DNA of 62,096 bases, from the NCBI GenBank assembly GCA_038496445.1, contig JALMLS010000358.1, positions 1-62,096 of the forward strand. The letters run 5' to 3'. Made by a program: the position numbers and the translations under genes. Positions 26,219 to 37,981 of this stretch are shown piece by piece (within the stretch, counting starts at the first letter, position 1; each line of letters opens with the position of its first letter). Source of the stretch: Trichosphaerium sp. ATCC 40318 (lineage: Eukaryota; Protista; Tubulinea). A model generated the notes under the pieces. It worked only from the letters and a program-made list of their open reading frames with translations, had not been told where the DNA came from and ran no database searches.

Positions 26219-27626
26219 ATGTCGAAAGCACTGCTTGGAGTCTTATTATTTGTGGTAGCAGGTGCGCTGACTGCGTTGCCGTGCGCGATTGTCGATTTAT
26301 GCTAATTTAGTGTCTGCGCTTAATGATCGCCCAATTTTTGGAGTGGTTACGCAAGAATCGAAGCGCGGTCAATATTTCCCAGCTTCGTACCCAAAAGTAC
26401 GTCAACTTTTACTTCTACCCTCCATAACACTGTTTTTAGTTTCTAGAATCAGGTGGGGCTCGCACAGTGCCAATACTGTATCCTCTATGACTTTTGTGCT
26501 GAAATTTCGACATGCCTTTTTTTGCTTTAACACACTAAGCTCTACAGCAACAACTGAGGAGCTTCGCTATTATTTTGAGGCTCTTTCCGGCGTAAGCATT
26601 ATGTTTTAACAATTTGTAGAAGGAATTGTTGCACTTATTGCACCCCTTTTATTCACTTTGCTTTCTTTGAGAATAGGTATTCTTCCCTGGCGGTTCCGCT
26701 TCTGTAGCCCCTTCGTCAGACTTATACAGAGTTGCTAAATTGTTTCTAACATGGATGCAAGAGGTATGACATTTGTACAAAAGCAAATATTTCGGCTCAA
26801 AAATACAGTTTTTTGGGGTGTTTTTTTTGTATTCAAGACACAACTCAATCCAGTGTCATACTGACAATTGTCGATTTATAGGACGTAGACAAAGGAGGAT
26901 ACTTTGTTATCATTGGACACTGTCTAGGTTTTGAGTTATTAGGAGCTGTAGTGAGCGAGGTGCGTTAGTGGGAGGTAGGAAGGGGAAGTCTAGTACTTAT
27001 TAACCGATCGTCTAGGATCCTAAGGCTTTGGGGTATTACACAATGAATGATCCGATCCCACTCAACTTTACATCTTATGGCCTCAACTCTCGGTACATGG
27101 CTGGCGCAAATCAAAACGTGAGAGATATTTTATCGTCTCAAGCAGTAACGCTGAACCATCATGAGCGCGGCTTCTCCCCAGCAATCTTTAAAGGTAATCC
27201 AATTACAGATCCAAGAATCGAAGTTTCTGACCCACAATTACAGACAATGCCAAGCTTGGGTCCTACTTTAATGTAGTGAGCACTAACTTTGACGAGCACG
27301 GTCGTGAATTCGTGTCTACTATTGAAGGTACTTAACTCATACCTCCAAATCGAACGTAACTGACATGGGTTAAAGGCAAGGATTATCCAGTATATGCTCT
27401 TCAATGGCACGCTGAAAAACCTCAGTTTGAATGGACACAGGATGATAATATACCGCATACCAATGACGCCATAACAGCCATGCAACACTTTTCAAACTTT
27501 TACGTTTCTGAAGGTAGAAAGAGTGCACACAAGTTCGCTACTAAAGCTGAAGAAACCAAGGCATTACTTTACAATTATTCACCAATCTTTACAAACAGCT
27601 ATTTTGTACAAGAATACGTGTTTTAA
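26219..27626 (+). CDS. GGH: Gamma-glutamyl hydrolase (peptidase C26) with signal peptide; multi-exon
   Basis: NDRPIFGV, FLESGGAR, FFPGG, nucleophile GHCLGFELL, NHH, YPVYALQWHAEK..FEW. Confidence 0.92.
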
Positions 27627-27703
27627 GTAAAATTACAGTCTGTCATTGCCCAACATCTAAAAAGTTTATAACGGCTGTTCTGCAGCATCTTACCTCACCA
27701 TTA

Positions 27704-29969
27704 TTAAAGATGAGCGTTTTGGTGGGAAGGTGTAGTGCCTAGAGCGCTACCCAAGACTGAGCGCGTGGCCATCAATAGTTCCCTTTGTGTCACTTGTTAA
27801 GACGGCTGAGAAGTAACAGAACGCGCTTACCTTTGCTGTGCTCTCTTTTTACTGACAGCGAATTTGGAGTTATCCCACTTCTCTTCGGGATACACGGTAA
27901 ACAGTATTGTTGGAAAATATCTAGTCAGTCCGCCTGGCGCATGTGTGGATATTTGAAGATTGGATATCCTGTACCAATCTGATATGTTTTTGATGTTACA
28001 TTCTCTTTCTACCACCACCAGCATTGACTCTATATTAGACAACTCATCAAAGTGATTTGATGGTACTCGAACTATCGCGTAATAATGTGTGAATAAGACC
28101 GGAGGGAGTCTATCAGTGCTTACCAAGTAAAAGTGGATCCCAGTCGTGATCTGGATAGAAGTGCTTCATAAAATCAAATACTGAGCCAATCCTTGGTCAT
28201 GGTTACCCCCACAAACGCTCATCAAATGGCTACAAAGTACCTGTATTTCCGCAACAAACCACTGCATTTGGCTACCTGTATCTGCTCAAATCGGATGTTG
28301 TAGTAATCGTCTAGTGCCGATATATTGTGTTCAAGTTCGAACTAGAAATACAAACGGTAACAAAAAGAGAGGCTGAGGATTTAGCGTACGCTGAGAATAA
28401 ATTTGAGCTGGTGCTCTTTGTTGCTCCAGTGATTTCTTTGTTTGTACACTAATGTGACACGTATCAGCATTGTCCATAGTGAAAAGGTGCTCAGGCTCAA
28501 CGTACTAAATTTATCTGTGTCCCAAGCAACGTCTGCATAGACCAGCTTCACAAATGCTGAGGGTGAGTTGTCAGCATATCTTTACAAATGTGTCAGCACT
28601 ACTTTATAAAGTAGGAACAGGCTTTTTGGTACTTTCTCAAACAGTACTGGCCACCAACGCGTTTGATATCCTCCCAAGACAGCCTATAGTAATCTTCCAG
28701 ACTAGTAATGTTCAGTTTCTCCTCTAGCTTGGGTGAAGAGACGGTCAGAACTCAAAAAATCATTTACAAGCCGCTGTAGCGCACGTGTCGGACAAAGCTA
28801 TCCACATGTGATTCACTCTCCCAAATGTGTTTTGCAGCTCGTGCTATTAACATGTTCAACATGTTGTGTTCTAACTGAGAACGTACTAAACTTCCAAAAG
28901 TGCCACACTGTGTTGGGGTATGCCCAAGACAAAAACTTTAGGACTGATCCTCCAAAAGCACTTTTTTGAAAGACAAAATGTTAATCTGGGACAAATACAT
29001 TGTCTCTTTTGAGTACCTAGAAATGAACCCACGTCCGCCAATATCATACAAGTCTTTATTTTTTGTGTCATACCAATCATGTATAGTGTAAATATTTAGC
29101 TCCTCCTCTGCCTAAGGTAGTGAGTGGGTTGAGGACGAAGATTCGAATAGACTTACAAAAGATAAAAACTTTATCTGGTTTCTCTTTATCAGCCAATACC
29201 GAGACGGTAGACTTACTAAAATGGTGTGAGATCTACTGGTGTTAAAAGTACATACCAAATTTGAGTGGCTGCCATTTGGTGTTAGGGTAAATCTCATGCA
29301 CCAGAGCTTCTAATGAACGACCAGGGAGGCTAGTATCCCTTAGCTTTGACATTACTACAACTGTTCGTACTTATTAAATAAACCACTACCTCCAAGTTGA
29401 CGAATCTTAGCTGTTGTGATGTCGTACCAATCCTCTGGTTTTTGCACATTTAGTCTGCTTTCCACCTTTCATTTTCACTTAAAAATTTGATGCATTTTGC
29501 TTATGTGCACGTGATAACGTACGTCTTTACAAAAAGCTATTCTGTTCTCCTTTTGTTTCCAATAGCCTTGAGGGACGTGTTTGAATCGCCAGGGCACCCA
29601 ATCGTAGTCAGAGTAAAAGTAGAACAACACTGAGTGGAACGACCACTTCCACACTCTACATGGGTGTTTTGGGATTATATAACGACGGTTTCGTACGTGG
29701 TTTGCAGTATTTTCTGCCCTCCTACCAATTGAAGCACTTGCTTGTTCGTTATCTTGTACCAATCGCTTATTTTACGTATTTTTAACCTCTTCTCCGCCTT
29801 ACAGCTGTTTTAGTTGCGTTATATGCATAATCCCGTGTACGCGGATAATGAAGTCTGTAGTCTTCTCCACGACATGTAAGCGATATGGACTTGAGTATTC
29901 GCGCGTTGGCTGGTTGTTTGATATAAATTTACGTGTAACTGGTGTATTTATGGTAAAGCGAGTGCGCAT
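27704..29969 (-). CDS. Uncharacterised Trp-rich tandem-repeat protein, paralog B, with mitochondrial-presequence-like N-terminus; multi-exon
   Basis: DWVPWRFKHVPQGYWKQKENR, LNVQKPEDWYDI...GGSGL, WHFWKF, DWYRISNLQI...WDNSKFAVSKKRAQQR; N-terminus MRTRFTINTPVTRKFISNNQPTREYSS. Confidence 0.78.
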
Positions 29970-30137
29970 AGTTACACACTTATTCAGGCGCACTACATGC
30001 TGTCAAGTACACGCTTTTTTTTTTTGACATGGAATTTGATGGATATTTCAAAAAAAAAAAAAGTATTTATTTTCATGATTCTTTTGTCGTCGTTGTGTTG
30101 GCGAAGCTGTCAAGGGTCCATTCAATACCAATCACTA

Positions 30138-31125
30138 TTATTGTGTAAGTTGCATGCCTTCCATTTTAGTAACCGTACGATCTAGCAGTTGTGCAGTAGC
30201 CTGTTTTGTGGAGGTGGTGGGTAGGTCACCAGCGAATACCTCTTCAGAATCCGCAAGCTTCTTGTAAGCATCCGCTTGCTTTTGTATCTCGTCGTTGTTA
30301 TCTTCTAATAGTTTTTCTCGTACTTTCTACTGGACTGTCAGCGATAGCAATAGGTATAAGTATGCACTACCAATTCCTCTCCTTCTGCCCAATATACACG
30401 CTCACCTAGCCTCTCCTGTCGTCTGATGACATCCGAATAACAATGTATAATACAGTTGTCCTTACTGGTCGTCAGTTAAAGCAAATGTACAGTCATTGAA
30501 GCAAACCATTGATAGCCCTTGATGTAAGTTTGCTGCCCAGCTTTTCATTTCTGGATGACACACTGCTGTTGAGTATGCAGACCTATTGATAAATACGAGA
30601 TTCTCCTTTGGCTTAATTTTGCCCTATTATGCAATGTGTCAAAATTAAAAGTGACACTTTGACATTGTTTCATTTCAACTACCTCATCAATACTGTTGTA
30701 CATAGAATGAAGGTCTTCTAGCATAGCCATCGACCATCTAGAAGATAAAACAAGGCTACGAGGATCATAACGGCGCTATAATATGTCAAAGATTGTTTTC
30801 GCCAATAAGTTCACCTGCTCTCCAAGGGCGTAAGGGAAATAGCGATTTTGCAATACACTGTAGCCAAGCTACTCTGTTAATACAAACAATGTGTTACGCG
30901 ATTTTAAGTTACCTTATCTAGCCTGTACAACACATCATTTTTACCAGAGCCAGCACTGCCATCCAGAAATACAGCAACTACGCTTCCCTTTTTTCGCAGC
31001 TTAACAATGCGTGGATTCGCCTCAAAAGACTTCTTTTCCGCCCAACTTGGTTGCCCTACGTGACGCAGTGACCTTTGTAGGTTATTTGGTGCTGTAAGTT
31101 GTCTTTTGTACCTATACGCTGCCAT
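30138..31125 (-). CDS. P-loop kinase-like protein (deoxynucleoside/nucleotide kinase fold), possibly mitochondrial; 3' end approximate
   Basis: VFLDGSAGSGK Walker A; ENLVFINRS resembles the dNK/TMK E/DRS motif; Arg-rich N-terminus. Confidence 0.55.
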
Positions 31126-31232
31126 TTTGCCCTTGTATTTACCCCACTAGCAGTAACAGCAAATGTTTCTTCTGTCGTAAGAAGTTAGCGCCTAAAGAGC
31201 GTCGCTTAACGGTATTTTTGATTGGTTGCCTA
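31126..31232. promoter_or_regulatory. Short (107 bp) divergent promoter region between the kinase-like gene and TMTC
   Basis: Head-to-head inferred starts at 31125 (-) and 31233 (+). Confidence 0.5.
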
Positions 31233-33855
31233 ATGAGGCAAACGCACGTGGACAGAAATACTACACAACGCGCTCCTGTACCCACTAGTGCCTCTCTTAC
31301 TGCGCAAGTCCCATTCTACTTAATTATAATTGCCGCTACGTTAGCAGTGAACGCAAACGCTTTCTGGGGCGATTTCGCGTTTGACGACAGGCTAGCTATT
31401 CTTGACAACGCTGTACGCAACGTAATATGCCTTGAGGCTTATAATCAAAGGATACCCACGCAAACACGCCGTGGGCGCCTATTTTCGTACATGACTACTG
31501 GGGACAGAATATCTCAAGACTAGACTCACACAAGAGTTACCGGCCATTGACTACAATCACGTTCAAGTTAAACAACTTATTGCACGATTGGATAGTGTCC
31601 ACTGGCTTTGAGGCACGTGAGTACTTTTATTTTTCTAAAAGTAAGCTAAATACTCTTCAAGGGGTTCGTACTGTACAGTCAAGTTGTCACCTTTCACGTA
31701 GTAAATGTTATTCTTCACGTGATAGCTTCCCTTCTGGTATACAAGCTGGCATACAGACTGTGGCCACATGAGAAGGTACTAAGCCAAATGTTACTAATGT
31801 CCACCTAACTCATAAGTAGCTAGTCGCTCCTCTGGCAACCCTTTTCTTTGCATTACACCCTGTGCACACAGAGGCAGTGACAGGTATCGTAGGAAGAGCT
31901 GAAATATTAGCGGCTATTTGTTGTATTCAAAGTTTCCTCTGGTACACCACCGCACTCAGAATAAAGAACACCAACTGGAGGTAAATTTATGTCATCACGT
32001 GCACTAGTTGACATTATTTGTAGCTATTATTTTTTGGCGTTAATAGCGTACATCACAGGGATATTCGCCAAGGAGAATGCATTCACATTGGCTGGTATTA
32101 TGATTGGATTTGACATACTAAACTGCATCGATCTACGTCAAAACACTGTTGTAAAGCGTGTTGTTGGCGTCTTATTGACAGCATCTTTATACACGCGAGT
32201 TATCATGATCCTTTGTGTTTCAGCAGCCTACATTGTATTTCGTCGGTGGTTGACAGTTCACTTTACTGTCAGAAACTTTCGCCACGTGGAAAACCCAATT
32301 GCTTTTGAAAAAGGACTCAACTTTACTATGTCAAACGGTTGGATACACTCTGTGTACATGAGGTTACTCATCGTACCAACGAACTTGTCATGTGATTACT
32401 CATTTAATTGCATACCACTAGTGCGTGAGGTCAATGACCCAAGAAACATTGCCACCCTCGCACTGTACATATTTGGTGCGTGCACGACGATATATGCGCT
32501 AATGACACTAGCCAAAGAAGGAAAGAAGACTTTAGTTTGTATTGTACGGCCTTTCAGTGCCTCTCTGAGAGCTGACAAGTGTTTATAGGCATGGGTTGTG
32601 CTTCCTTTTTTACCAGCATCTAATTTATTTTTTCCTGTTGGGACTATGGTAGCAGAACGGCTATTGTACATTCCATCCATTGGCTACTGCATTCTATTGG
32701 CCAGGTGGCTCGTTCAACTAAAATTGTACTTCAACAAGAACGTAGTGATTGTAGTGGCTGTTGTTATATTACTGGCGTATTCATATGGGACGTATACACG
32801 TAATGCTGATTGGGAAAACGAAGAGACACTCTTTCAAGCGGCTGATCGTGTTTGCCCAAACTCTGCCAAAGTCCAATTGAACAGTGCGATCATTGCCAAA
32901 AGGTATGAGAATTGGGACGAGGCATTAGATAGACTTATTCGTGCCAAGGTGCGTTGAAAGCAAGTGTCGAAGTACTATATACTCAATACCAATGCTAGAA
33001 AATAGATCCGGATTACTGCGATCCAGATATGCAGATAGGCATGGTGCTGTGGAACAAAGGGGAACATGCCAAAGGTAACGTATCCAGTGTTGTAACTCAG
33101 TGCCAACTTTATTAACCATGCTGATAGGCATAATGGTGCTTAAGAAAGCGCTTGAATGCGAGCTAACCATGGCTCCTGCATGCGAGACACTGCATAAAAT
33201 ATATTCAAAGCTGCTAGAGCACGTTGTATCTTTTTAAGTTGTATAGTAACCAAGGTTTAGATTGCAGCCAAACAATGCGGACTTGATTTTGGATTGGTCT
33301 GATATACTGTTTAAGGTTGACAGAAAATCAGATGCTGCTCATCACTACGCTCAATGCGGTGTACGATGTGGTTGATTAATCTTTATTCTCACTTTTGTTA
33401 TATCATCAGTATGCGTTTTTGAAGGACAAACAGATGGACAAGGCAAAGTATTGTCTTACACAGGGCTTGAAGTGTAAACCAAACGATGGTAATATGAACT
33501 ACTGGTTAGGTACCATACTGGAACAAGGTAAACCAAATTATAAGAAGCTATGTTTAATTAATCGGTTCAAAAGAGATACCATGGACAGCGGCACCATACT
33601 ATCATAGAGCAATTAAACAGGTACACAATGCACGGCAAATTAAGCATCTTAAATAGTGTAGACAACTTCAAGTGCAGCTGCCATGGAGGCGTTGGCTAGG
33701 TTACTAGTGAATGAAGAGCATCATAGTAAACCCATGTTTAAGGCAAGTTATTCACTCAGAGTGGCTCCTATGTAATACTTAGTGTTTACTAGATGTACTA
33801 CCAAGACGTCATGACCCTAGTAGCACAAAGTTCATTAAAAAAAGGGGAGGAGTAA
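31233..33855 (+). CDS. TMTC: TMTC-family protein O-mannosyltransferase (DUF1736 + TPR); multi-exon
   Basis: FAFDD, HDYWG..SHKSYRPLT, FHVVNVILH, FALHPVHTEAVTGIVGRAE, LSCDYSFNCIP, FLPASNLFFPVGTMVAERLLYIPSIG, RNADW; TPRs. Confidence 0.93.
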
Positions 33856-34539
33856 TTGTACACGTGTATTTAAACAGAAGAGGCCATTTTCTAGCTTGCA
33901 TTTGTTGTCTCCTACTTTAACAACACTTTTTTTTCGGTTGGTTTTCGGCGCCATGTCGGTATTGTTTCGGCAGAACCTTTCGGTAATTGTACAACATCTT
34001 AACGTCTTTAGCGTAGTTAATACTGTTGAAGGCAATCAAATGAAGTCACCCAAATAAACTACAAGCGGAAAACAGAATTAATCGCTTAGTACCACGTTTC
34101 GCGAACCAAAACATTGCCAATACCGTTCTCACACACGAAAATAGGCACTGCAAGGGTTTGTGGGTGTTTTGAAATGTGCATTATCCATATTTAGAGTATT
34201 TGAATGGATATTTCAGTGAATTAGATGAAACTATCCTCGAATTTACCTTGTGATCATTGTGCGAACATACAAAGTGTTTATAAACACCAATGCAACGCAA
34301 TGGAGTGAAGGAAATTGTATTTTATCTCCATTTCTCAATACCACTTTTTATTTTTATCCACAAATGAATGGTACATAAGTATTCGGAATATATTTACAAA
34401 CAAGGAAGGAAATACATTCTAGCGGGTAAAAATGGCAGTAGCTACAACCAAGGTCGTGCAGGACTGGGTTTAGCTACATATGCGCCATCTTCATCTGCAA
34501 TGTTTCACCGCATTTGCCAATGGTTGACCCGTAGGTGTA

Positions 34540-35150
34540 TATTCCAACACTGAGCATCCATTAGCCTGGCCAGTGTAAGGTATCACAAAGTAACATGATA
34601 CATTGGCGCTCCACTGCACAACCCGTAAGACCTGGCAGAATATCAGCAGAGCCGGGGGAGCGCCGAACCTTAACCAAGACTCTCTTTTTGTTAGTGCAGC
34701 ATGAACTCCCACTTATCAATGTTTTTAGAACAACTTTTTGCTTTATCACGTGACAACATCCTGGTTTTGTTGTTACCTATCTTTTTAGCTTGCATGTTAC
34801 TAATTCATCTAAAACATACGTATTTCGTCTTTGGCTTTATTGTGGTTTTTTTTCGTCATACACCAGGAAGGAATTACGCACTGCAAAGACGCCTAAATAT
34901 ATAGGGAGGGGTTGGGAGCAGTAGTACGATGAGGGTTTCGTCGCAGTACCCCACATCGGCTACACCACCACAATACACCAACCACACTGGCTATGCGTTC
35001 ATTCCAGCACTGTCATTAACATGGCCAGTGCCAGTGTATCAAATGAATATGCTACAAGAAGTGCCCACTGCGCACCCGTAACACCAAAGGCTGGGGGGAA
35101 CCAATTCCTAACAAGACCATCTTTTTGTTGGTACAGCTGAAGTACCCATG
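34540..35150. repeat. Pair of diverged ~150-170 bp direct repeats (about 34540-34712 and about 35000-35150) in a gene-poor interval
   Basis: Collinear blocks ATTCCA(A/G)CACTG, TGGCCAGTG, GTATCA, CCACTGC, ACCCGTAA, GGGGGA, CAAGAC, TCTTTTTGTT(A/G)GT(G/A)CAGC in both copies. Confidence 0.7.
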
Positions 35151-35691
35151 AAACGAAAGCCAACCATATGATCATTTTTAGGTGGTCTAGAAGTATCAGT
35201 TCCTGTACATTGGTTTTTGTGAGTGGCTACAATGGAGCATCTCCGGTCATACAACTTAAACTGCCTCTTGAAACATTGGCAGCGGCCGCCACATACCAAA
35301 CTACAGTGTTTGAATTGCTTTCAATCTGTTCCTAGACATTCATGCCAAGCAAACGATCCAACAATACCAGACGGAATGCAATCTTTCACGCTGACCTGAA
35401 ATAACTCTATTAAAATTTCGCTACTTTTTAAAAGGGTAACTCCTGATTAGCAAGCACGTGATTTTTTCCTCTTACCACAAAGTACTCCATAAAGATACAC
35501 CAACATGATAGCTTGCATACTTTGGTAGTAACGTCCATCTCAAAAACTTTCAGTCAAAGCCACTAGCTTTGCAACAGCTAGATTACCTTTTGTAATGACA
35601 ACTTGGTTGTTGTCCTTCGCAGACACGATTGATCTGAGGTTGCTAGAACCATTACTGACCAAACTAAGACTGATTTTTCTACATTTGTATA

Positions 35692-36835
35692 ATGAAAATT
35701 GCCAACACACGCACTAGCTTATCAAACGTTGGTAAAGGTGCGTTTAGCAAAATACTGCGCTCATCCAACAACGTGTAGGGCAAGAGAAGCCACAAACTCT
35801 CAAACGTGCACCCTATACGCTATGTAATTCTCCCACGCACCAACTGAATGAATTCAATGACGCTGCCAAGCTACTAAACGTTAAATCGCTTGATGATTGG
35901 TATAATGTTACAATAACGCAACTGGTATCACTACGGTTAGGTGGAATCACGAATAAGTACTATTTAGCGTACAATAACGCCAAACTAAATGAACATAGGT
36001 ACAACAACTCAATATCAGCAGCCCTAGGTACAATCTATAACGGTTACAACTGGAAGCCATGGAGATTCAAGTACGAAATAGTACTGTAGATAAAGGGGTT
36101 TAATGCTGTTCCCAAGGTTGGCACCGAAGGGTTATTGGGATGACCTTGACAATCAAAGACGCCGTTTCGACAAAATGAGTAACGATCTTGGACTATCGTC
36201 GATATCTGAATGGGCTACTGTACCCAAGAGAGTCGTATACGATTTAGGTGCTGGTGGATTGCTAGTAACAAAGTACGCATTCTCCTTTTTTTCAGACGGA
36301 AATGTAACATTGTCAAAAAAAGGTATAACAATCGCATGACAGATGCTTTGCGGAGCGTCTATCCTGAACACATATGGGCTGACAGGTACAGTATGCAACC
36401 GAAGTTTATTGATTAGAGCTAGATCATCATCTCAGAGACATCTACCAGGCTACTGGCAAGACCGCGCACAGCAGCTCACTTTTTTGAGAGCATTGCAAGC
36501 AGAAAGAAGGCTTGATTCTCCAGAATCATGGTAGTAATTAAGCAAATGCCAGTGAACTAACATATCGCTCAGGTACCGGTTATCACGCCAACAAATTATA
36601 AATTCTGGCGGAGGAGGCATTCTTCGGTATTATCCATACATAGTCGAGCAACTAGACCCTACCTTTAACTGGGATTGGAGAAAGTTTGCAAGTATGACAA
36701 AAAAAACCAACCAACAGTGCGTGAGTGGTATAGTCATAGAGTTAAACACAAAATAGGGCACTTATAAGTAGCGCTCAGTCACTGCTATCAGCGTCACGTG
36801 CTAGTTTACAAAAAGAAAACAAGAGGAAACACTAA
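35692..36835 (+). CDS. Uncharacterised Trp-rich tandem-repeat protein, paralog C; multi-exon
   Basis: LNVKSLDDWYNV, YNNSISAAL..WKPWRFK|LAPKGYWDDLDNQRRRFD, GAGGLL, WDWRKFASMTKKTNQQAL. Confidence 0.8.
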
Positions 36836-36911
36836 AAAGAGGAAGGATGAACAAATGTCAAACAAAGTCTGCATCGACGGAAAGTGGCCACAGAAATTTC
36901 CATTAACAATT

Positions 36912-37726
36912 ATGGCAGCATACATCTCTGTTCTCGCTATTGCTTTGTTAGCCGCTATATGTTCAACATACGGTTCTGACATTTCTTTGACCAACAATTG
37001 CCGTTGCGTGTTTAAACCCAATATTACTCAAATAGAGAAGCGTGGCGCTCTAGACTACGTTTGTTCTCAAATAAGCTGTGCAGATATTCAAAAAGGTAAG
37101 AAATGTCAAAACACGTGACGGGTTACTACGTTTAACATTCTAACGTCTATTCTAGGTGGTTACGCGTTTTTCCCAGATACAATTGAATCTCATGGAGCGT
37201 GGGCCGTAAACGCATGGTACGTAGCTCAAATTGAATGATATCGATGTAAAAGTCTTCAAGTATTTTTTCCACCAATTGTTTGGTCACTCACTGTTCTCAG
37301 GTATCAAAACCAAAACCAAGAACCTGCTTCTTGTGACTTTGATGGTATTGCTGAAGAACTATGCGAAGACTGTGTGTGCAAAATTTCAGTGGGTTCCACT
37401 GTTGTTGCTATGCAAGACGCCATCAACTTTGTGTGCGGTGCCCCACAAAACTTTGATTGTTCCCCTATTCAACCTGGCGGTTCAAACTACATTCCAGTCA
37501 CAGTACGTACTGATAAATAGGTTTCTCGCTAATGAATTGTAGCTCGAGAACCATGCTGGTTGGGCAGTAAACGCTTGGTACAACGTGAGTACTTCATAAA
37601 ATTTTTTTGAAAATGACATGGCCTTACCTTGTATTCTAGAGCAAAATCTGGTCATATGAGAGCTGTGACTTCAACTCCATGTGCTACCTAGCACCTACAG
37701 AATGCAGGCACCTTGGACCTAACTAA
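36912..37726 (+). CDS. Secreted protein with two X8 (CBM43, beta-1,3-glucan-binding-type) domains; multi-exon
   Basis: Signal peptide; CVFK...ALDYVCSQISCADIQKGG..FFPDT...H..WAVNAWYQ...SCDFDG; second copy AINFVCG...DCSPIQPGG...NHAGWAVNAWY...SCDF. Confidence 0.82.
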
Positions 37727-37981
37727 ATGTAAGGTGTACAGCAAATAAACGGATTAATAAACAAGCTTGCTCTTTACGCATAGAACTTGTGCTTTTTGGC
37801 TTGAACGCCTTTGTCTTTGAAGACCTTGAAACTATTTAGAAATGTCTGTCTGTTAAGTTGTCAAGTTGAAAGCACCAACACGTGAATCTTCATCGTAGTG
37901 AGATGATTTCACGTGTTTGCAAAGAGAGGATTAAGCCAAGTGTTTAAGTTCTTTTTTTGTGTAATTTCAAAAACAGCAAAA

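Noticed and set aside
27704-29969. Two separate repeat genes on the minus strand
   Set aside because: Exons across 28880-29470 splice in frame, giving a single gene
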